DNA of 10,190 nt from Treponemataceae bacterium. GTDB taxonomy: Bacteria > Spirochaetota > Spirochaetia > Treponematales > Rectinemataceae. The DNA lies in NCBI GenBank assembly GCA_963677895.2, contig CAXXGJ010000024.1, positions 1 to 10,190 of the forward strand, written 5' to 3'. Below, in pieces: positions 6,446 through 10,190 of the stretch. The first letter of the stretch is position 1, and every line of letters starts with the position of its first letter. The notes under the pieces were generated by a model that saw only the letters and a program-made list of their open reading frames with translations, made no database searches and was not told where the DNA came from. Both the position numbers and the translations under genes were made by a program.

Positions 6446-7416
6446 GCGGCGTATACGACAGCACCAGGATCGGCTTCCGCGACGGACTCGTCGCCCTGGC
6501 CGAAAAGCGCGACGACATCGTCTTCGTCTCCACCGATTCCATCAAGGTGGTGAAGGGCGAACCCTTCGCCCAGCGCTGGCCCGACCGCGTCATCGAAGTG
6601 GGCATAGCCGAGCAGAACGGCGTGGCGCTGGCCGCCGGCCTCGCGAGCGCGGGCTTGCGGCCCTATCTCTGCACCTACGCGGGTTTCCTCACGATGCGAG
6701 CCTGCGAGCAGATGCGCACCTTCGTGGGTTATCCGAAAGCGAAAGTGCGGTTCGTCGGCGTGAACGCCGGCGTCTTCGGCGGAAACCGCGAGGGCGTGTC
6801 GCATCAATTCATAGAAGATATCGGCATCCTGCGGACCATTCCCGGCTTCACGATTCTCTGCCCGGCGGACGGCGACCAGGTGAAACAGGCCGTCATCGCC
6901 TCTGTGGACATCGATGGGCCGGTCTACATCAGGATCGGGTCGGGGAAGGAAGAGCGGGTGTTCCCCGAGGGCACGCCCTTCGAGATCGGCAAGATCCGGG
7001 TGATGAAATCCTACGGCGACGACGTGGCCCTCTTCTGCCACGGTTTCGTGACCAACCGCGTGCTGAAAGCGGCCGAGGAACTCAAGGAAGCCGGAATCAA
7101 CGCGACGGTGGCGGAAGTGGCGACGATCAAACCGCTCGATGTGGCGGGCATTTCATCCGTCCTCGGCCGCTGCGGTTGCGCCGTCACGGTGGAGGACCAC
7201 AACGTGATCGGCGGCCTTGGCAGCGCCATCGCGGAAGTCATCGCCGAAGGCCTGACCGGAGTTCCGTCGGGAAGCGCGAATCCCAGGCTCGTGCGGCTCG
7301 GGATGCAGGACTGCTACGGGGAATCGGGCTTCCCCGACGAGCTCCTGGACGCGTACGGCATGTCGGTGAAGGACATCGTGGCCGCGGCGGCCAAAGCCCG
7401 CGCCCAAAAGAACTGA
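6442..7416 (+). CDS. Split transketolase C-terminal subunit (324 aa)
   Basis: ATG 6442 overlaps the upstream stop (ATGA) and has a G-rich RBS at 6431-6437. The track start at 6214 is too early. Motifs: EVGIAEQN, AGFLTMRACEQMR, EGVSHQFIED, PVYIRIG, TIKPLD, VTVEDHNVIGGLGSAIAE. Confidence 0.95.
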   Translation: MSGVYDSTRIGFRDGLVALAEKRDDIVFVSTDSIKVVKGEPFAQRWPDRVIEVGIAEQNGVALAAGLASAGLRPYLCTYAGFLTMRACEQMRTFVGYPKAKVRFVGVNAGVFGGNREGVSHQFIEDIGILRTIPGFTILCPADGDQVKQAVIASVDIDGPVYIRIGSGKEERVFPEGTPFEIGKIRVMKSYGDDVALFCHGFVTNRVLKAAEELKEAGINATVAEVATIKPLDVAGISSVLGRCGCAVTVEDHNVIGGLGSAIAEVIAEGLTGVPSGSANPRLVRLGMQDCYGESGFPDELLDAYGMSVKDIVAAAAKARAQKN

Positions 7417-7420
7417 AGGC

Positions 7421-7457
7421 GATATCCGGTCCCCGGCGGGAACCGGCGAAGAATATC
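7421..7457 (+). other. Intergenic stem-loop upstream of dctP
   Basis: CCGGTcCCC-ggc-GGGaACCGG at 7426-7446, extendable by GATAT (7421-7425) pairing with ATATC (7453-7457) across a 6-nt bulge. No U-tract follows. Confidence 0.4.
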
Positions 7458-7482
7458 ACGCATTTCCAAGGAGGCATTTGAC

Positions 7483-8487
7483 ATGAAAAAGGCACTGTTC
7501 GCAGCGATGATTCTCTGCATGGCGTTCGGAGCCATGTCGGTGACGGCACAGACGCCGCAGAAACCGCTTAACCTGCGCTACGCGCACATGAATCCCCCCA
7601 ACAGCCCCAACGGGCTCCAGGCGCAGTATTTCGCCGACAAGATCGCCGAGAGGACAAACGGCGCCGTCAAGATCACGGTCTATCCCAACTCCCAGCTCGG
7701 CTCCATCAGCGAAATGGCCGAACAGGTCTCCATGGGTTCCATCGCCCTGCACCACAACACCTATGGCGGTCTGCAGCCCCTCCTCGAGGACCTCGGCCTC
7801 TTCGACACGCCCTTCCTCTATCGCGATGTCGACCATCTTCTGGCCGCGACCGATCCCAACACTTCGCCGGTGCTGAAGGAACTCAACGCGAAACTGATTG
7901 CGACGCGCAACGTCCGCGTTCTCTATTCCTTCTATTTCGGAACCCGCGACCTCACCTCCAACAAGGCCGTATATTCTCCCAAGGACCTCGCCGGCAAGAA
8001 AATCCGCGCCATTCCCTCCGCCATCTATCTCGCCGCCGTCGAAGGCATGGGCGCCGTGGCGGTCCCCATCGACTGGGCGGAAGTGCCGGTCGCCCTCTCC
8101 ACCGGCGTCGCCGATGGCCAGGAAAACCCCGTCAGCACCCTCGTGACCAGCAAGCTCTATGAAATCCAGAAGTACGTCATGCAGACGCACCACATCATGG
8201 GTTCCGAGCCTGTCGTCATCAACGAAAAAGTCTATCAGGCTCTTTCCGAAGAGAACAAGAAAATCTTCCAGGAAGTCGCCGTCGAGACCAGCAAATGGGC
8301 ATCCGACTATGTGCGTAACAGCGAAGCCAAAGACCTCCAGACCCTCAAAGACAAGGGCATGAAGGTCATCGGCGTGGCCGAAGGCCTCAAGATCGACGAG
8401 TTCAGGGCTTCCGTCAACGCCGTCGTGGCCAAACGCTTCGGCGCCAAGTGGGGCAAGTACTACGATCAGATCGCCGCGATAAAGTAA
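7483..8487 (+). CDS. dctP: TRAP transporter substrate-binding protein (DctP family)
   Basis: 334 aa. Sec signal peptide MKKALFAAMILCMAFGAMSVTA. Motifs ERTNGAVKITVYPNSQLG, TPFLYRD, GTRDL, DLAGKKIR, ALSTGVADGQENP and LYEIQKY. RBS AGGAGG at 7469-7474. Confidence 0.96.
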   Translation: MKKALFAAMILCMAFGAMSVTAQTPQKPLNLRYAHMNPPNSPNGLQAQYFADKIAERTNGAVKITVYPNSQLGSISEMAEQVSMGSIALHHNTYGGLQPLLEDLGLFDTPFLYRDVDHLLAATDPNTSPVLKELNAKLIATRNVRVLYSFYFGTRDLTSNKAVYSPKDLAGKKIRAIPSAIYLAAVEGMGAVAVPIDWAEVPVALSTGVADGQENPVSTLVTSKLYEIQKYVMQTHHIMGSEPVVINEKVYQALSEENKKIFQEVAVETSKWASDYVRNSEAKDLQTLKDKGMKVIGVAEGLKIDEFRASVNAVVAKRFGAKWGKYYDQIAAIK

Positions 8488-8504
8488 CGTACACCCTGTC
8501 GCGT

Positions 8505-8548
8505 GGGCTGACGAATAAGCCGTTCCGAATCTGGTTTTTCGTCAGCCC
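8505..8548 (+). terminator. Strong stem-loop between dctP and dctQ (mRNA stabiliser or partial terminator)
   Basis: Perfect 11-bp inverted repeat GGGCTGACGAA (8505-8515) / TTCGTCAGCCC (8538-8548), with further inner pairing AAGCC/GGTTT. Followed only by a weak ATTT tail. Confidence 0.6.
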
Positions 8549-8582
8549 CGATTTCCAAAATACGATTTTTCAAGGGAAAACT

Positions 8583-9059
8583 ATGAGGCGTATAGTTCGT
8601 GTCTTATGCGATACTTTTGAGAGTATCGCGATCGTGTTTCTCGTGGTCCTCTGCCTGTCGGTCTTTATTCAGATCATAATGAGGAATTTCTTCGCTTCGG
8701 GTTCGATTGTTCTCGAGGAACTCGCGAGGTTTTCCCTCGTCTCTCTCGTTTTCCTCATGATTCCCGTGCTTACGGTCAGAAAACAGCATATAATCGTGGA
8801 TTTTGTCCTCAACATGCTGGCCGTTCCGGTTCGCAAGGGATTCGATCTTGTGATCCAGATCGTGATCGGCGCCGGTTCTATCTTCCTCATCATCGCCATT
8901 TCGCGGATCATGGTCATGAACTACAACGTCCGGACGGCGGCGCTGCGTATGCCCAACTACATTTTTTACCTGCCGGTCGCGCTCGGCCTTCTCTTCAATG
9001 TTGTCGCTTCGCTGGATAATTTCATCACGACCATAAAGGGCAAGGGGGCAGTCAAATGA
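8583..9059 (+). CDS. dctQ: TRAP transporter small permease (158 aa)
   Basis: ATG 8583 with AAGGGA at 8572-8577. Four hydrophobic segments. Motifs QIIMRNFF, LEELARF, HIIVDF and TAALRMP. The track start at 8448 overlaps dctP and the hairpin. Confidence 0.92.
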   Translation: MRRIVRVLCDTFESIAIVFLVVLCLSVFIQIIMRNFFASGSIVLEELARFSLVSLVFLMIPVLTVRKQHIIVDFVLNMLAVPVRKGFDLVIQIVIGAGSIFLIIAISRIMVMNYNVRTAALRMPNYIFYLPVALGLLFNVVASLDNFITTIKGKGAVK

Positions 9060-10190
9060 GCGGCGGCGTGATAATCGGACTCTTTGTCCTTCTCATGATT
9101 CTTGGCCTGCCGATCGCCTTCAGTATGGTGATTCCCGCGGGCATCTATATGCTCGTAAGCCAGATACCCATCAGCACCGTCATCCAAAGAATGGTGACGT
9201 CGCTCAACTCCTTTCCCCTGCTCGCGGTGCCGATGTTCATCCTGGCGGCCAACCTCATGAACAACTCGGGCATAACCGGGCGGCTTTTCGATTTTTCGAA
9301 ACTGCTCGTAGGTAGGATGAGGGGCGGGCTCGCCCAGGTTAATGTCGTCGCTAGCCTGGTATTCGCCGGAATTTCCGGGGCCGCCCTCGCCGATATCGGC
9401 GGCTTGGGCAATATAGAAATCGAGGCGATGAGGAAGCAGGGATACTCCATGGAGGATTCAGCGGCGATAACCGCGGCTTCCGCCACGATAGGACCCATAT
9501 TCCCTCCGAGCATCCCGTTGATCATCTATGCCGCGGCCGCGGAGACTTCATCGATGCGTCTGCTCATGGGTGGCGTCGTTCCCGGGCTCCTGATCACCGC
9601 CGTCCTCATGGTAATGGTGGATTTTTTCGCCAGGAAAAAGAAATGGCCCCGAGGCATAGAAGGAAAGTGGAAGAAAGCCGAAGTGATTGACATCGTCAAG
9701 AAAGGGCTTCCCTCAATGCTCATGCCCGCAATTCTTATGGGTGGCATGCTTTCGGGCTGGTTCTCGCCGACCGAAGTGGCTTCGGTGGCTATAACGTATG
9801 CGATTCTGCTCGGCATCATCTATAGAAGCTTTACCTTCAAGGGCCTGGTCAAGGTTGCCAAAGAGACGCTTGTTTCGACGGCTTCGGTCCTGTTCATAGT
9901 AGCCGCCGCCGCTATTTTCGCCTGGACGCTCACCGTCGAACAACTTCCCCAGCAGATCGCCGCCGCGCTTCTCGGCATTTCCTCCAGTCCCATCGCCCTG
10001 CTTAATGTTAACCAACGTCATTCTTCTCATCGCCGGGATGTTCTTGGAAACCACGGCTGCCATCATGATCTTCACGCCCATCCTGCTGCCCACGCTCGTG
10101 GCCGCGGGCGTGAACCCCGTGCATTTCGGCCTCGTGATGGTATTCAACCTCATGATCGGCATGCTGACCCCGCCGGTCGGGATGAGCATC
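9056..10190 (+). CDS. dctM: TRAP transporter large permease. 3'-partial, with an apparent +1 frameshift at ~10002-10005.
   Basis: Not in the ORF track because it has no stop within the window. Manual translation from ATG 9056 (ATGA overlap with dctQ) gives MSGGVIIGLFVLLMILGLPIAFSM...SFPLLAVPMFILAANLMNNSGIT...GGLAQVNVVASLVFAGISGAALAD...GPIFPPSIPLIIY...FSPTEVAS...EQLPQQI...SPIALL. It continues in frame 3 from 10005 as MLTNVILLIAGMFLETTAAIMIFTPILLPTLVAAGVNPVHFGLVMVFNLMIGMLTPPVGMSI. Confidence 0.95.
   Translation, partial: MSGGVIIGLFVLLMILGLPIAFSMVIPAGIYMLVSQIPISTVIQRMVTSLNSFPLLAVPMFILAANLMNNSGITGRLFDFSKLLVGRMRGGLAQVNVVASLVFAGISGAALADIGGLGNIEIEAMRKQGYSMEDSAAITAASATIGPIFPPSIPLIIYAAAAETSSMRLLMGGVVPGLLITAVLMVMVDFFARKKKWPRGIEGKWKKAEVIDIVKKGLPSMLMPAILMGGMLSGWFSPTEVASVAITYAILLGIIYRSFTFKGLVKVAKETLVSTASVLFIVAAAAIFAWTLTVEQLPQQIAAALLGISSSPIALLNVNQRHSSHRRDVLGNHGCHHDLHAHPAAHARGRGREPRAFRPRDGIQPHDRHADPAGRDEH

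Noticed and set aside
8448..8582. N-terminal extension of dctQ
   Set aside because: Overlaps the end of dctP and the hairpin. ATG 8583 has an RBS and gives a normal DctQ length.
8604..10189. Short minus-strand ORFs over dctQ/dctM
   Set aside because: Antisense shadows of the + strand permease genes.
1..10190. Sulfoquinovose transketolase (sulfo-TK) pathway assignment
   Set aside because: No sulfoquinovosidase, RpiB-type SqwI, sulfoacetaldehyde-processing enzyme or sulfonate exporter is visible, and block 1 has a kinase. It cannot be fully excluded for block 2 without downstream sequence.
1..10190. CRISPR arrays, tRNA/rRNA, IS elements, riboswitch (for example TPP upstream of the transketolase)
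   Set aside because: No repeat-spacer periodicity, transposase motifs, structural-RNA signatures or TPP riboswitch core were seen. Intergenic gaps are short.

Overview
GC-rich bacterial carbohydrate-catabolism locus with all credible genes on the + strand, arranged as two consecutive operon-like blocks. Block 1 (<1-4774) holds a split-transketolase C-terminal subunit (5'-truncated by the window, +1 frameshift at ~607), a glycerol-kinase-like FGGY kinase with non-GlpK motifs, an L-fucose/L-arabinose isomerase-family protein and a YdhF-like aldo/keto reductase. It resembles the isomerase-kinase-transketolase route for D-apiose or a related sugar. An AT-rich intergenic region (4775-4950) carries a TTGACA promoter candidate and operator-like repeats. 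Block 2 (4951->10190) holds a single-cysteine Asp/Glu racemase-family protein, a second split transketolase (N and C subunits) and a TRAP transporter dctP-dctQ-dctM. dctM is absent from the ORF track and has a +1 frameshift at ~10004. The main observation is that, by eye alignment, the second transketolase appears to have lost most of the canonical phosphate-binding residues and sits with a carboxylate-type TRAP transporter and no visible kinase. This suggests an uncharacterised pathway for a non-phosphorylated sugar acid. No RNA genes, mobile elements or CRISPR arrays were seen. All family assignments come from motif recognition, not database searches.
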